From NCBI GenBank assembly GCA_049324495.1, contig JBMOOP010000058.1:65275-129274 (forward strand): DNA of 64,000 bases. Reading direction: 5' to 3'. The notes below the pieces were generated by a model. It was given only the letters and a program-made list of their open reading frames with translations, had not been told where the DNA came from and made no database searches. Shown here one piece after another: positions 23,955 to 34,273 of this stretch. The stretch's first letter is position 1; each line of letters starts with the position of its first letter. This DNA comes from Pseudomonadota bacterium (lineage in GTDB: Bacteria; Pseudomonadota; Gammaproteobacteria; Pseudomonadales; JADFDG01). The position numbers were made by a program, and so were the translations under genes.

Positions 23955-23968
23955 TGGTGTGGGTACGT

Positions 23969-24004
23969 CAACAACGCCGGGTTTTGCCCGGCGTTGTTGT
24001 TTTG
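23969..24004 (+). terminator. Rho-independent terminator
   Basis: CAACAACGCCGGG-TTTTG-CCCGGCGTTGTTG forms a 13-bp perfect stem followed by TTTT, 15 nt after the stop at 23954. Confidence 0.85.
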
Positions 24005-24037
24005 GGCATATGTTCCTTAGGTGTTCAAGAGGAGTGC

Positions 24038-25057
24038 ATGGCTGCGACGGTGCGATTGGCTCTTGCGGCGTTCCTTTTGCTCGCCATCGGCGTGCCGAGT
24101 GGCGCGCGCGAGTCATGTCCTTTCGTGCGCGATCCGGCGTTCTGGGCGCGTACTGCGGTGCCGCCAGCGCCGGCCGGCGAACTCGCGGCTGGCACGCTCA
24201 ATGTTTTTCGGCTGTTCGATGCCGAGCAGGATCGCAACGAGACGCAGGTGCTGACGGCGCAACAATTTGCCGCTCGGATTGAGCGCATTGCCCGTTACAT
24301 CACTCGCGACATGGGCGCACCGATGCTGATTGGCCTGCAGGAAGTTGAGGATGACACGGCGGCCTTTGCGCTCACGCAGGCCTTGAAACGCGAAACGGGG
24401 CGCGACTGGCGTTTCGTGCTCGGTGATGTGTCCGGCGACAGCGAAATCCGCAATGCCCTGCTGGTCGACGCGCGGTTGCGCGTCACCAGAACCCGATCGC
24501 TGTTTCGGCGCGAGCCGCGCGAGGGTAAGCCGCTGCACGATCGTCTGCCGCTGGTGGTGGACATCGATGCCGGTGCAACCCTGCCGGCGATGGGCCGGTT
24601 CACGGCGGTCGTCGTGCACATGAAATCGCAACTCGGCATTGACCGACCGAAGGATAGCCGGCGGGTGATTGCCAAGCGAAAGTTTCAGGCGGAGGAGCTC
24701 GCCGATTGGACAGCGATGCAGGCAAGAACGGGTGCGCGCCTGGTAGTGCTCGGCGATTTCAATGCGCCGGCATTATCGGCTGCGGCCGATATTCGCGCAG
24801 AACCGCTGCGCATTCTGCTGGCGCAGGGCGGCCTCGTCGATGTTGCCGGGAATTTCCTCAAACCGTCGCAGCGCTGGACCTATCGCTACAAGTGTTCGCT
24901 GCAGGAACTCGACCACCTGCTGGTCAGTCCGGCGTTGTCGAAGGCTGTGCGCGGCTACGCGATTGTGCGCGGCGACACATGCATCCGTGCCAGGGAAAAG
25001 TGCAGTGTGACAGGCTCGGTGTCCGATCATGAGGGCGTGGTGCTGCGTTTGCGTTGA
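24038..25057 (+). CDS. Secreted endonuclease/exonuclease/phosphatase (EEP) family protein
   Basis: ATG 24038 (MAATVRLALAAFLLLAIGVPSGA, a signal peptide). EEP-type blocks LQEVED, VLGDFN and the C-terminal SDHEGVVL. Confidence 0.8.
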   Translation: MAATVRLALAAFLLLAIGVPSGARESCPFVRDPAFWARTAVPPAPAGELAAGTLNVFRLFDAEQDRNETQVLTAQQFAARIERIARYITRDMGAPMLIGLQEVEDDTAAFALTQALKRETGRDWRFVLGDVSGDSEIRNALLVDARLRVTRTRSLFRREPREGKPLHDRLPLVVDIDAGATLPAMGRFTAVVVHMKSQLGIDRPKDSRRVIAKRKFQAEELADWTAMQARTGARLVVLGDFNAPALSAAADIRAEPLRILLAQGGLVDVAGNFLKPSQRWTYRYKCSLQELDHLLVSPALSKAVRGYAIVRGDTCIRAREKCSVTGSVSDHEGVVLRLR

Positions 25058-25132
25058 CGGTTGAGGATTGGCCAGCCCAGACAGATTGACGCACCGAATT
25101 GTCGCCTTGCGCAGGCGCGCGGCGCGCGACTC

Positions 25133-25149
25133 TGCACCAAAATGGCCCT
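25133..25149 (+). promoter_or_regulatory. Possible NtrC-type enhancer half-match
   Basis: TGCACCAAAATGGCCCT compared with the NtrC consensus TGCACCA-N3-TGGTGCA: the left half and TGG match. It lies about 115 nt upstream of the sigma-54-like element. Confidence 0.3.
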
Positions 25150-25259
25150 GCGCGCTTTGCCCTGGCGCCTGGAAATTGGTCTGACCACCTTGCCGGATAA
25201 CTTCCTGCCCCTCTCTAGCTACCTTGATTGATAAGGGGTTTTTTGTCCCTGTCTGGTGC

Positions 25260-25275
25260 TGGCACGCATCCTGCT
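25260..25275 (+). promoter_or_regulatory. Sigma-54 (-24/-12) type promoter upstream of urtA
   Basis: TGGCAC-GCATC-CTGCT compared with the consensus TGGCAC-N5-TTGCW, about 125 nt upstream of the urtA ATG. urt/ure operons are commonly under Ntr control. Confidence 0.5.
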
Positions 25276-25401
25276 ACCTCTCCCTCCAGCAGGTCGTCGT
25301 TGCGACCGGCAACCGGCAGCGCCGTGCGCGGTTTGCCCTCTGGGGTGCCGCAGCCGACGTTGTATTCGTAGGCGGTTTCTTTACGGATAGAGGGGCTACA
25401 C

Positions 25402-26676
25402 ATGAAATATCGTTCTCTGCTCAAGGTGCTTGCGGCTGGTGTTTTGTCGGTCGGCGCGACGATGTCCTCATTCGCGCAGGCCGCCGACACCATCAAGGTC
25501 GGCATTCTGCATTCGCTGTCCGGCACGATGGCGATTTCCGAAACATCGCTGAAGGACATGGCGTTGTTCACCATCGACGAGATCAACGCCAAGGGCGGCT
25601 TGCTTGGCAAGAAACTGGAGCCGGTGGTGGTTGACCCGGCATCCAACTGGCCGTTGTTTGCTGAAAAAGGCCGGCAGCTGTTGACCCAGGACAAAGTGGC
25701 GGTGACCTTCGGTTGCTGGACGTCGGTGTCGCGTAAATCGGTGCTGCCGGTTTACGAAGAGCTTGACGGTTTGCTGTTCTATCCGGTGCAGTATGAGGGC
25801 GAAGAGTTGTCGCCAAACGTGTTTTATACCGGTGCGGCACCGAACCAACAGGCGATCCCGGCGGTTGAGTACCTGATGAGTGCTGACGGCGGTTCTGCCA
25901 AGCGCTTCGTCCTGCTGGGTACGGATTACGTTTATCCGCGCACCACCAACAAGATCCTGCGCGCGTTCCTGCACAGCAAGGGCATCAGCGATGCGGACAT
26001 CATGGAGGAGTACACGCCGTTCGGTCACAGCGATTACCAGACCATTATCGGCAACATCAAGAAGTTCGCATCTGCAGGCAAGAAAACCGCCGTGGTGTCC
26101 ACCATCAATGGCGATTCCAACGTGCCGTTCTACAAGGAGCTGGGCAACCAGGGCCTGAAGGCGATCGACGTGCCAGTGGTGGCATTCTCGGTGGGCGAGG
26201 AGGAGCTGAAAGGCATTGATACCAAACCGCTGCTCGGGCACCTTGCCGCCTGGAACTACTTCATGTCGGTGAAAAATGCGGTGAACAGCAAGTGGATTTC
26301 CAACTACACGGCTTGGGCAAAGAAAAAGGGTATTCCCGGTGCCGACAAGCTGGTGCTGACCAATGACCCCATGGAAGCCACCTATGTCGGCATCAACATG
26401 TGGGCGCAGGCGGTGAAGAAAGCCGGTTCGACCGATGTCGCCAAGGTGCGTAAAGCGATGTATGGCCAGGTTTTCGCCGCGCCGTCGGGCTTTACGCTGA
26501 AAATGGACGAGAAAAACCACCACCTGCACAAGCCGGTGATGATCGGCGAAGTGAAGGCTGATGGTCAGTTTGATATCGTCTGGGCAACCAAAGGCCCAAT
26601 CCGCGCCCAGCCGTGGAGCCCGTTCATTGCCGGCAACGACAAAAAAGTTGATGGTCCGGTAAAGGGTAAGTTCTGA
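25402..26676 (+). CDS. urtA: Urea ABC transporter substrate-binding protein UrtA
   Basis: 424 aa with a signal peptide and LIV-type PBP sequence typical of UrtA (IKVGILHSLSGTMAISE...). It is the first gene of a urtABCDE set. Confidence 0.95.
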   Translation: MKYRSLLKVLAAGVLSVGATMSSFAQAADTIKVGILHSLSGTMAISETSLKDMALFTIDEINAKGGLLGKKLEPVVVDPASNWPLFAEKGRQLLTQDKVAVTFGCWTSVSRKSVLPVYEELDGLLFYPVQYEGEELSPNVFYTGAAPNQQAIPAVEYLMSADGGSAKRFVLLGTDYVYPRTTNKILRAFLHSKGISDADIMEEYTPFGHSDYQTIIGNIKKFASAGKKTAVVSTINGDSNVPFYKELGNQGLKAIDVPVVAFSVGEEELKGIDTKPLLGHLAAWNYFMSVKNAVNSKWISNYTAWAKKKGIPGADKLVLTNDPMEATYVGINMWAQAVKKAGSTDVAKVRKAMYGQVFAAPSGFTLKMDEKNHHLHKPVMIGEVKADGQFDIVWATKGPIRAQPWSPFIAGNDKKVDGPVKGKF

Positions 26677-26779
26677 TCCGCCCGTGACGGGCCTGCGAAC
26701 CGGCCCTGTGCCGGCTCGCAGGTCTTTGGCAGTCGGAAGAATAATTCGCCGACGCGAATCCATCCGGGGTACATTACCG

Positions 26780-28396
26780 ATGCGATTTTTTCAACGAGGC
26801 ATACGACTCCTCGTGGTGCTTGCCTGCCTGTGTGCAGGCAATGTCGTGTTTGCGGGCGAAGCTGCTCCCGCTGCGCGCAGTCTTGAACAGCAACTGGTAG
26901 ACGGCGACGCCAGCGCGCGTGCCGCCTTGATTGTGCAGGCCGCTGCCGCCAGTGAGCCGCGCCTCACCGATATTATCGTCATGATGGAAGCTGGCCGGCT
27001 GTTGATCTCGGCAGATGGCAGAGCGCTGGTGCAGCAACCGGACGGCAGTGTGCGCGATCCGCAAACGCATGCTGTCGTGCCGGTTGATCCGGCGACACTG
27101 AATTCCGTTACGGTCAACAACCGGGTACGTGGTGCGATTGCAATTGCCCGTGCAGCGCAACAGTTGGCCGCTGACGATGCAGGGGTGCGCCTGCAGGCCG
27201 CGCGTGCGCTGCAGGGCAGCGAAACGCCGGCATTGCTGCCGCTGATCGACCGTCAGTTGGCGCAGGAAAGCAATGGCAGGATTGCAGCTGCGCTGTCGCT
27301 GGTGCAGGCCAGTTTGCGGTTGTCCAGCGCAGATGCAGAGCTGCGCAAGCTGGCGATTGATGCCTTTGCGCAAAGTGCCGACCCGAACGCGGTGTCGCGT
27401 TTGCGGCCGTTCACCGATGCGGTTGGCGAGAGTGATCCGGTAGTGCGCGCGGCGGCACAAGAAAGTATCGCGGCCATTGAGCGGCGCATGGCCGGCTATG
27501 ATCTGCTGGGTAATGTGTTCAGCGGTCTGAGCCTGGGTTCGGTATTGCTGTTGGCAGCGCTTGGTCTGGCCATTACCTACGGGCTGCTCGGCGTTATCAA
27601 TATGGCGCACGGCGAAATGCTGATGTTGGGCGCCTACACGACTTTTGTCGTGCAAAATCTGTTTCAGTCTTATTTGTCCGGCTTCTTTGGCTGGTATCTG
27701 CTGGCGGCGGTTCCGGCGGCGTTTCTGACCACGGCGATGATTGGCATGTTGCTGGAGCGTACGGTGATTCGTTATCTCTATGGTCGGCCGCTGGAAACAC
27801 TGCTGGCTACCTGGGGCATCAGTCTGCTGCTAATACAGGTTGTGCGGATGGTATTCGGTGCGCAGAACGTCACCGTGGAAAATCCCGGTTGGCTGTCCGG
27901 TGGCTGGGAGCTTTCGCCGGTGTTGACCCTGCCGTACAACCGCATCGTGATTATCCTGTTTGTGATTTTTGTGTTGGCGTTTACCTGGATATTGTTGCAA
28001 AAGACCCGGCTTGGTTTGTTTGTGCGTGCCGTGACACAAAATCGCCGCATGGCAGACAGCGTTGGCGTGCCGACCGGACGCGTGGACATGATGGCATTTG
28101 GTTTGGGTTCCGGTATCGCTGGTCTGGGTGGCGTGGCCTTGTCGCAGCTCGGCAACGTCGGTCCGGAACTCGGCCAAGCCTATATTGTTGATTCGTTCAT
28201 GGTGGTGGTGTTGGGTGGCGTCGGGCAGCTTGCCGGTACGGTGATCGGTGCAATGGGGCTCGGTATCGTCAACAAGATTCTGGAGCCGCAGGTGGGTGCC
28301 GTGCTCGGAAAAATTGCGATACTTGTGTTCATCATTTTGTTCATCCAGAAGCGTCCACAGGGCCTGTTCGCCCTGAAGGGCCGGCAGGTGGATTAG
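26780..28396 (+). CDS. urtB: Urea ABC transporter permease UrtB with ~240-aa N-terminal periplasmic extension
   Basis: ATG 26780 (MRFFQRGIRLLVVLACLCAG...). The C-terminal ~300 aa are a LivH-type permease (GVINMAHGEMLMLGAY...). Confidence 0.92.
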   Translation: MRFFQRGIRLLVVLACLCAGNVVFAGEAAPAARSLEQQLVDGDASARAALIVQAAAASEPRLTDIIVMMEAGRLLISADGRALVQQPDGSVRDPQTHAVVPVDPATLNSVTVNNRVRGAIAIARAAQQLAADDAGVRLQAARALQGSETPALLPLIDRQLAQESNGRIAAALSLVQASLRLSSADAELRKLAIDAFAQSADPNAVSRLRPFTDAVGESDPVVRAAAQESIAAIERRMAGYDLLGNVFSGLSLGSVLLLAALGLAITYGLLGVINMAHGEMLMLGAYTTFVVQNLFQSYLSGFFGWYLLAAVPAAFLTTAMIGMLLERTVIRYLYGRPLETLLATWGISLLLIQVVRMVFGAQNVTVENPGWLSGGWELSPVLTLPYNRIVIILFVIFVLAFTWILLQKTRLGLFVRAVTQNRRMADSVGVPTGRVDMMAFGLGSGIAGLGGVALSQLGNVGPELGQAYIVDSFMVVVLGGVGQLAGTVIGAMGLGIVNKILEPQVGAVLGKIAILVFIILFIQKRPQGLFALKGRQVD

Positions 28397-28405
28397 GCAG
28401 CAGGC

Positions 28406-29533
28406 ATGAACATGGCATTCGCACAAAAAATTTCCGCATTGTCGCCGATGTTGTTGTTGCCGCAGCGCGGCACAGCCTGGTTATTGCTAATCCCGCTGTT
28501 GGCATTGCTGGCTTTGCCGCTGGGGCATGTGTTGCCGACCGACAGCATGTTTCACGTGTCCGCGTACACGCTGACCCTGATCGGGAAAATTCTCTGCTAT
28601 GCGGTTGTGGCAATGGCCCTGAATCTGGTTTGGGGGTACGCCGGCCTGTTGTCGCTTGGACACGGGCTGTTTTTTGCGCTTGGCGGCTATGCCATGGGCA
28701 TGTACCTGATGCGACAGATTGGTCGCGAAGGCAACTATCAGTCGGAGCTGCCGGATTTTATGGTGTTTCTCGATTGGAAAGAGCTGCCCTGGTTCTGGCA
28801 GGGGACAGATCATTTTCTTTGGGCCATGTTTCTCGTGGTTGCCGTGCCTGGGCTGCTCGCATTTGTATTCGGCTGGTTTGCGTTCCGATCGCGCATCAAG
28901 GGAGTTTATTTTTCGATTATCACCCAAGCACTTACCTTCGCAGCCATGCTGTTTTTCTTTCGCAACGAAACCGGATTCGGCGGCAACAACGGCTTTACCG
29001 ATTTCAAGCGGATACTGGGTTTCGATATCACTGCGCCGGGGACGCGTGCAACGTTGTTTTTCTGCACACTGCTGCTGCTGGCTGCTGTTGTGGGCCTTTC
29101 CCGGTGGGTCGCGCGCTCGAAATTTGGTCGTGTGCTCGCGGCAGTGCGCGATACCGAATCACGGCTGATGTTCTGCGGCTACGATCCGGCTGGCTACAAG
29201 CTGACAATCTGGGTGATCTCGGCGGTGTTGTGCGGTTTGGCCGGCGCGCTGTATGTGCCGCAGGTGGGCATCATCAATCCCGGGGAAATGTCGCCGGCCA
29301 ACTCCATTGAGGCGGCCATTTGGGTGGCGGTGGGCGGCCGCGGCACCCTGTTCGGGCCGCTGCTGGGTGCCGGCATCATCAATGGCGCCAAGAGCTGGTT
29401 TACGGTTGCCTTCCCGGAATATTGGCTGTTTTTTCTTGGTGCGTTGTTTGTCGCCGTGACATTGTTCCTACCGCAGGGGGTAATGGGGGTGTTGGCAAAA
29501 ATGCGACACAAAAATAGCCGGGATGCGGTATGA
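28406..29533 (+). CDS. urtC: Urea ABC transporter permease UrtC
   Basis: 375-aa LivM-type permease in the conserved position. Confidence 0.94.
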   Translation: MNMAFAQKISALSPMLLLPQRGTAWLLLIPLLALLALPLGHVLPTDSMFHVSAYTLTLIGKILCYAVVAMALNLVWGYAGLLSLGHGLFFALGGYAMGMYLMRQIGREGNYQSELPDFMVFLDWKELPWFWQGTDHFLWAMFLVVAVPGLLAFVFGWFAFRSRIKGVYFSIITQALTFAAMLFFFRNETGFGGNNGFTDFKRILGFDITAPGTRATLFFCTLLLLAAVVGLSRWVARSKFGRVLAAVRDTESRLMFCGYDPAGYKLTIWVISAVLCGLAGALYVPQVGIINPGEMSPANSIEAAIWVAVGGRGTLFGPLLGAGIINGAKSWFTVAFPEYWLFFLGALFVAVTLFLPQGVMGVLAKMRHKNSRDAV

Positions 29534-30309
29534 GTACGCACATCCTGGCAGAAGGCGGCGTTGATCTTACGCACGGAAAGATTCTTTACCTGGAAGATGT
29601 CACTGTCTCTTTTGATGGCTTCCTGGCCCTGAACAAACTGACGCTGTACATTGATGTGGGCGAATTGCGCTGCATCATCGGCCCGAACGGTGCCGGCAAA
29701 ACAACGATGATGGACGTCATTACCGGCAAGACCCGGCCGGACAGTGGAACAGCATTTTTCGGCCAGAATATTGATCTGACAAGCCTCAACGAACCGCAAA
29801 TTGCACAGGCCGGCATTGGCCGCAAGTTCCAGAAGCCTTCGGTGTTCGAATCGATGACGGTGTTCGAGAACCTTGAGCTGGCACTCAAACATGACAAATC
29901 GGTGTGGGCAAGCATGCGTTACCGTATCAACGGCGAGCAGCGCGATCGTATTGAGGAGTTGTTCACCACCATCCGCCTTGCGGATGAACGCAACCGTCTG
30001 GCCGGGTTGCTTTCGCATGGTCAGAAGCAGTGGCTGGAAATCGGCATGTTGTTGGCGCAGGATCCCTTGCTGCTGCTGCTGGATGAGCCAGTGGCCGGCA
30101 TGAGCGATGCCGAAACGGAGAAAACGGCAGAGCTGTTGCTGTCACTGGCAGGCAAGCACTCGCTGATGGTGGTCGAGCACGACATGGCCTTTGTTGGCGC
30201 CATTGCCAAACAGGTGACGGTGCTTCACGAAGGATCGGTACTGGCAGAGGGTTCGCTGCCGGACGTGCAGGCCAGCGAGAGAGTGATCGAGGTGTATCTT
30301 GGGCGCTGA
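29530..30309 (+). CDS. urtD: Urea ABC transporter ATP-binding protein UrtD
   Basis: Walker A GPNGAGKTT, signature LSHGQKQWLEI, Walker B LLLLDEP. It overlaps the urtC stop by 4 nt. Confidence 0.95.
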   Translation: MSTHILAEGGVDLTHGKILYLEDVTVSFDGFLALNKLTLYIDVGELRCIIGPNGAGKTTMMDVITGKTRPDSGTAFFGQNIDLTSLNEPQIAQAGIGRKFQKPSVFESMTVFENLELALKHDKSVWASMRYRINGEQRDRIEELFTTIRLADERNRLAGLLSHGQKQWLEIGMLLAQDPLLLLLDEPVAGMSDAETEKTAELLLSLAGKHSLMVVEHDMAFVGAIAKQVTVLHEGSVLAEGSLPDVQASERVIEVYLGR

Positions 30310-31021
30310 CTTTGCAACGAAAGGTCTGATTGTCAGCAAGCTAAACCAGTATTACGGCGGCAGCCATATTTTGCGCGATGTTTCGTTGACGGCGGAAATC
30401 GGCAAGGTGACTTGCGTGCTGGGTCGCAATGGCGTCGGCAAGACTACGTTGCTGCGCTGCATCATGGGCGTTGTGCCGTCGAAAACCGGCAGCGTCGACT
30501 GGGAAGGCCGTGACATCACCCGCTTGACGCCGCATGAGCGAGTGGCGCGGGGCGTGGGGTATGTACCGCAGGGGCGGGAAATTTTTGGCCGGCTCACGGT
30601 GGAAGAAAATCTGCGTATGGGTCTGGCGCGCTTTCCCGGCGCTAAGGGGCGCAGCATTCCGTCGTTTGTCTACGACACCTTTCCGGTGCTCGCTGAGATG
30701 AAACATCGGCGCGGCGGTGATCTTTCCGGTGGCCAGCAACAGCAATTGGCCATCGCCCGCGCACTGGTGAGCGAGCCGAAGCTGCTGATTCTTGATGAAC
30801 CGACCGAAGGCATTCAGCCGTCGATCATCAAATTGATCGGCGAAGTAATCAATCGGTTGGCGGCGCGCGGCGACATGGCGATCCTTCTGGTTGAACAGTA
30901 TTACGATTTTGCTGCGGCGCTTGCCGACAGTTATGCGGTGATGGCGCGCGGCACAGTGATCAAGAGCGGGCTCGGCAGCCAGATGGCCGCCGACGGCGTA
31001 CGTGACCTGCTCGCCATCTGA
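30299..31021 (+). CDS. urtE: Urea ABC transporter ATP-binding protein UrtE
   Basis: Walker A GRNGVGKTT, signature LSGGQQQQLAI, Walker B LLILDEP. The TTG start at 30299 is uncertain by a few codons. Confidence 0.92.
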   Translation: MGADFATKGLIVSKLNQYYGGSHILRDVSLTAEIGKVTCVLGRNGVGKTTLLRCIMGVVPSKTGSVDWEGRDITRLTPHERVARGVGYVPQGREIFGRLTVEENLRMGLARFPGAKGRSIPSFVYDTFPVLAEMKHRRGGDLSGGQQQQLAIARALVSEPKLLILDEPTEGIQPSIIKLIGEVINRLAARGDMAILLVEQYYDFAAALADSYAVMARGTVIKSGLGSQMAADGVRDLLAI

Positions 31022-31871
31022 GTTGCGCGTTGGCGCTGCGGCAGATACCGTTGGTCGCTGGAGTGCCGAACTCGAACTGGCATATATGTGCCACGGTGGC
31101 GCAACGATACCCGCGCTGCGTCGACATCAGGGCCCGTTGCGGGTGCAAAAACATTTTTATCCGGAAGGCTCCCGGGTCTGCCAGCACATTATTGTGCATC
31201 CGCCAGGTGGCATTGCCGGCGGCGACAGCCTGCGTATTGCCGTGCATGTCGGCCCGCAGGCGCATGTGCTGTTGACTTCGCCGGGTGCCGCCAAATGGTA
31301 TCGCAGTGCCCGGGAAGCGACGCTGGATGTTGAATTGCAGGTGGCGCGCGGCGCGATCCTGGAATGGTTGCCGCTGGAAACCATTCTGTTTGCCGGCTCG
31401 CACAGTCGGATCCGCAACCGCATTGATCTGGCTGGCGATGCAAAATTGTTGTGCATCGACGTGTTGTGTTTCGGGCGCCCGGGATCGGGCGAATATTTTG
31501 GCGATGTGGCCGCCGGTTGCTGGCGGCAGCAGAGTGGGTTATGGCGCGACGGTCGCCCGCTGTGGACGGAAGCAGCACTGCTTGCAGCACAGGATCCGTT
31601 ACTGAACGCGGCAGCCGGAATGGGTGGTGCAACGGTGCTCGGTACCTTGCTCTGGGCCGGGCCGCCGGTGCCGGCTGATATCCACGCAGCCTGTGTGGCG
31701 CTGCCGCTGCATGGGCGCGGTGGGGTGACGCAGTTGCCGGATATCTGGAGCGCGCGCTGTCTGTGCACTTCGGTTGAAGATGCGCACCACTGGCTGCGTG
31801 GCTTGTGGGCGCTGTTGCGGCCGGCCATGCTCGGGCGTTCGGCGGTGCTGCCGCGCATCTGGGCGACCTGA
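31002..31871 (+). CDS. ureD: Urease accessory protein UreD
   Basis: UreD/UreH-type sequence ([13 protein letters not shown]...[12 protein letters not shown]...). The GTG 31002 start overlaps the end of urtE and is uncertain by about 8 codons. Confidence 0.88.
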   Translation: MTCSPSELRVGAAADTVGRWSAELELAYMCHGGATIPALRRHQGPLRVQKHFYPEGSRVCQHIIVHPPGGIAGGDSLRIAVHVGPQAHVLLTSPGAAKWYRSAREATLDVELQVARGAILEWLPLETILFAGSHSRIRNRIDLAGDAKLLCIDVLCFGRPGSGEYFGDVAAGCWRQQSGLWRDGRPLWTEAALLAAQDPLLNAAAGMGGATVLGTLLWAGPPVPADIHAACVALPLHGRGGVTQLPDIWSARCLCTSVEDAHHWLRGLWALLRPAMLGRSAVLPRIWAT

Positions 31872-31900
31872 ACGACGCGAGCAAAAACAAGGAGAAGAAG

Positions 31901-32203
31901 GTGGATCTGACGCCGCGGGAGAAAGACAAATTGCTGATCGTGGTGGCTGCGCAATTGGCCGAGAAACGGCGGGCACGTGGCTTGAAGCTGAATTATCCGG
32001 AAGCGGTTGCCTACATCACGGCGGAAATCATGGAAGGTGCCCGCGATGGTAAATCCGTTGCCGAATTGATGCACTACGGTACGACCCTGCTGACCCGCGC
32101 CGACGTGATGGAAGGGGTTCCGGAAATGATCCCGGACATTCAGGTGGAGGCCACGTTTGCGGATGGCAGCAAGCTGGTGACAGTTCATCAACCGATTGTG
32201 TGA
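31901..32203 (+). CDS. ureA: Urease subunit gamma UreA
   Basis: GTG 31901 preceded by AAGGAGAAGAAG. The product [39 protein letters not shown]... is 100 aa, the canonical UreA length. Confidence 0.95.
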   Translation: MDLTPREKDKLLIVVAAQLAEKRRARGLKLNYPEAVAYITAEIMEGARDGKSVAELMHYGTTLLTRADVMEGVPEMIPDIQVEATFADGSKLVTVHQPIV

Positions 32204-32228
32204 GCGCAGGTTACCCAGGAGGATTCCG

Positions 32229-32534
32229 ATGATTCCCGGCGAAATGCAGATACTGGACGGTGATATCGAAATCAATGCCGGCCGCGAGACACGCACCCTG
32301 GCGGTCACCAACAGCGGTGACCGGCCGATCCAGGTCGGCTCGCACTATCATTTTTTCGAAACCAACGCCGCGCTGCAATTCGAGCGGGCGCAGGCGCGCG
32401 GTTTTCGGCTGAATATTCCCGCCGGCACGGCCGTGCGTTTTGAGCCAGGCCAGATGCGCACCGTGGAGGTGGTGGCGCTCGCCGGCGAGCGTACTGTGTA
32501 CGGGTTTCGCGGCCTGGTGATGGGCAAGTTGTGA
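32229..32534 (+). CDS. ureB: Urease subunit beta UreB
   Basis: ATG 32229 ([44 protein letters not shown]...), 101 aa. Confidence 0.95.
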   Translation: MIPGEMQILDGDIEINAGRETRTLAVTNSGDRPIQVGSHYHFFETNAALQFERAQARGFRLNIPAGTAVRFEPGQMRTVEVVALAGERTVYGFRGLVMGKL

Positions 32535-32544
32535 GGGGCGAGCG

Positions 32545-34245
32545 ATGAAAATTTCCCGTCAGGCTTATGCCGACATGTTCGGCCCCAACACCGGAGACAA
32601 GGTGCGCCTGGCCGATACCAGTCTGTGGATTGAAGTGGAGCGCGACCACACGATCTACGGCGAAGAAGTGAAATTCGGCGGCGGCAAAGTCATTCGTGAC
32701 GGCATGGGCCAGTCGCAGCAGGTGGCGGCATACGTTGTGGACACCGTCATCACCAACGCGCTGATTGTGGATTGGTGGGGCATCGTCAAGGCCGACATCG
32801 GCATCAAGAACGGCCGTATCGCCGGCATCGGCAAGGCCGGCAATCCGGATATCCAGCCGGGTGTGAGTATCGTGATCGGCGCGGCGACGGAAGTGATTGC
32901 CGGTGAAGGCATGATCATCACTGCCGGCGGCATTGATGCGCACATTCATTTTATTTGCCCGCAGCAAATCGACGAAGCACTGTATTCCGGCATCACCACC
33001 ATGCTCGGTGGCGGCACCGGGCCGGCTACCGGCACCAACGCCACCACCTGCACGCCGGGGCCCTGGCACATCGCGCAAATGCTGCGTGCCGCCGAGGCAT
33101 TTGCGATGAATCTCGGTTTCACTGGCAAGGGCAATGCCAGTTTGCCTGCAGCACTGCGCGAGCAGGTGAGTGCCGGCGCCATCGGCCTGAAGTTGCACGA
33201 GGATTGGGGCACGACGCCAGCGGCGATCGACTGCTGCCTTGGTGTTGCCGACGAGATGGACGTGCAGGTGGCGATCCACACCGACACACTGAACGAATGC
33301 GGGTTTGTCGACGATACGATTGGGGCGTTCAGGGGCCGCACTATTCACACCTATCACACTGAGGGTGCCGGTGGCGGCCACGCTCCGGATATCATCAAGA
33401 TGTGCGGCGAAGCGAATGTGTTGCCAAGTTCCACCAACCCGACGCGGCCATTTACGGTAAATACAATCGACGAACATCTCGACATGCTGATGGTGTGCCA
33501 CCACCTTGATCCGTCAATTGCCGAGGATGTGGCATTTGCCGAGTCGAGAATTCGTCGCGAAACGATAGCGGCAGAAGATATTCTGCACGATCTGGGTGCT
33601 TTCTCCATGATCTCCTCGGACAGCCAGGCCATGGGGCGGGTTGGCGAAGTGATTCTGCGCTGCTGGCAGACGGCAGACAAAATGAAACAACAGCGCGGGC
33701 AACTGCCCGAAGATTCCGCCGGCAACGACAATTTTCGGGTGAAGCGATACATCGCCAAGTACACCATCAATCCAGCGCTGACTCACGGCATTGCTCACGA
33801 AGTCGGTTCGATTGAAGTGGACAAGCTGGCCGATCTGGTGTTGTGGAGACCGGCATTTTTTGGCGTGAAACCGAGCCTGATTGTAAAGGGCGGCTTGATC
33901 GCCGGCGCGTTGATGGGCGATCCGAATGCATCGATCCCGACGCCACAGCCGGTGCACTACCGGCCGATGTTCGGTGCCCATGGTGGCGCGCTGGCGGTAT
34001 CGGCAGTGACTTTTGTCTCGCAGGCCGCGCTTGCCAATGACATTGGCGGGCAACTGGGTTTGCGCAAGCGTCTGGTAGCTGTCAAGGGTTGCCGCAGCAT
34101 TGGCAAGAAGGACATGAAACTCAACGCTGCCACGCCGCGTATCACTGTCGATCCGCAAGACTACCGGGTACACGCCGATGGCAAGTTGCTGTGGTGTGAA
34201 CCGGCAAACGTCTTGCCGCTGGCGCAACGCTATTTCCTCTTTTGA
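32545..34245 (+). CDS. ureC: Urease subunit alpha UreC
   Basis: 566 aa. It contains [14 protein letters not shown], the carbamylated-Lys region [11 protein letters not shown], and MVCHHLD. Confidence 0.97.
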   Translation: MKISRQAYADMFGPNTGDKVRLADTSLWIEVERDHTIYGEEVKFGGGKVIRDGMGQSQQVAAYVVDTVITNALIVDWWGIVKADIGIKNGRIAGIGKAGNPDIQPGVSIVIGAATEVIAGEGMIITAGGIDAHIHFICPQQIDEALYSGITTMLGGGTGPATGTNATTCTPGPWHIAQMLRAAEAFAMNLGFTGKGNASLPAALREQVSAGAIGLKLHEDWGTTPAAIDCCLGVADEMDVQVAIHTDTLNECGFVDDTIGAFRGRTIHTYHTEGAGGGHAPDIIKMCGEANVLPSSTNPTRPFTVNTIDEHLDMLMVCHHLDPSIAEDVAFAESRIRRETIAAEDILHDLGAFSMISSDSQAMGRVGEVILRCWQTADKMKQQRGQLPEDSAGNDNFRVKRYIAKYTINPALTHGIAHEVGSIEVDKLADLVLWRPAFFGVKPSLIVKGGLIAGALMGDPNASIPTPQPVHYRPMFGAHGGALAVSAVTFVSQAALANDIGGQLGLRKRLVAVKGCRSIGKKDMKLNAATPRITVDPQDYRVHADGKLLWCEPANVLPLAQRYFLF

Positions 34246-34273
34246 TAAAGAGCGTCAATTTTCGAGGTTGCCG

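Noticed and set aside
25468-26763. 431-aa minus-strand ORF, with similar long antisense ORFs at 32305..33504, 13545..15056, 46906..48279 and 470..1363
   Set aside because: Each lies opposite a gene with unambiguous family-level sequence (urtA, ureC, leuS, M48 peptidase, rodA). The translations are His/Arg/Gly-rich and lack motifs.
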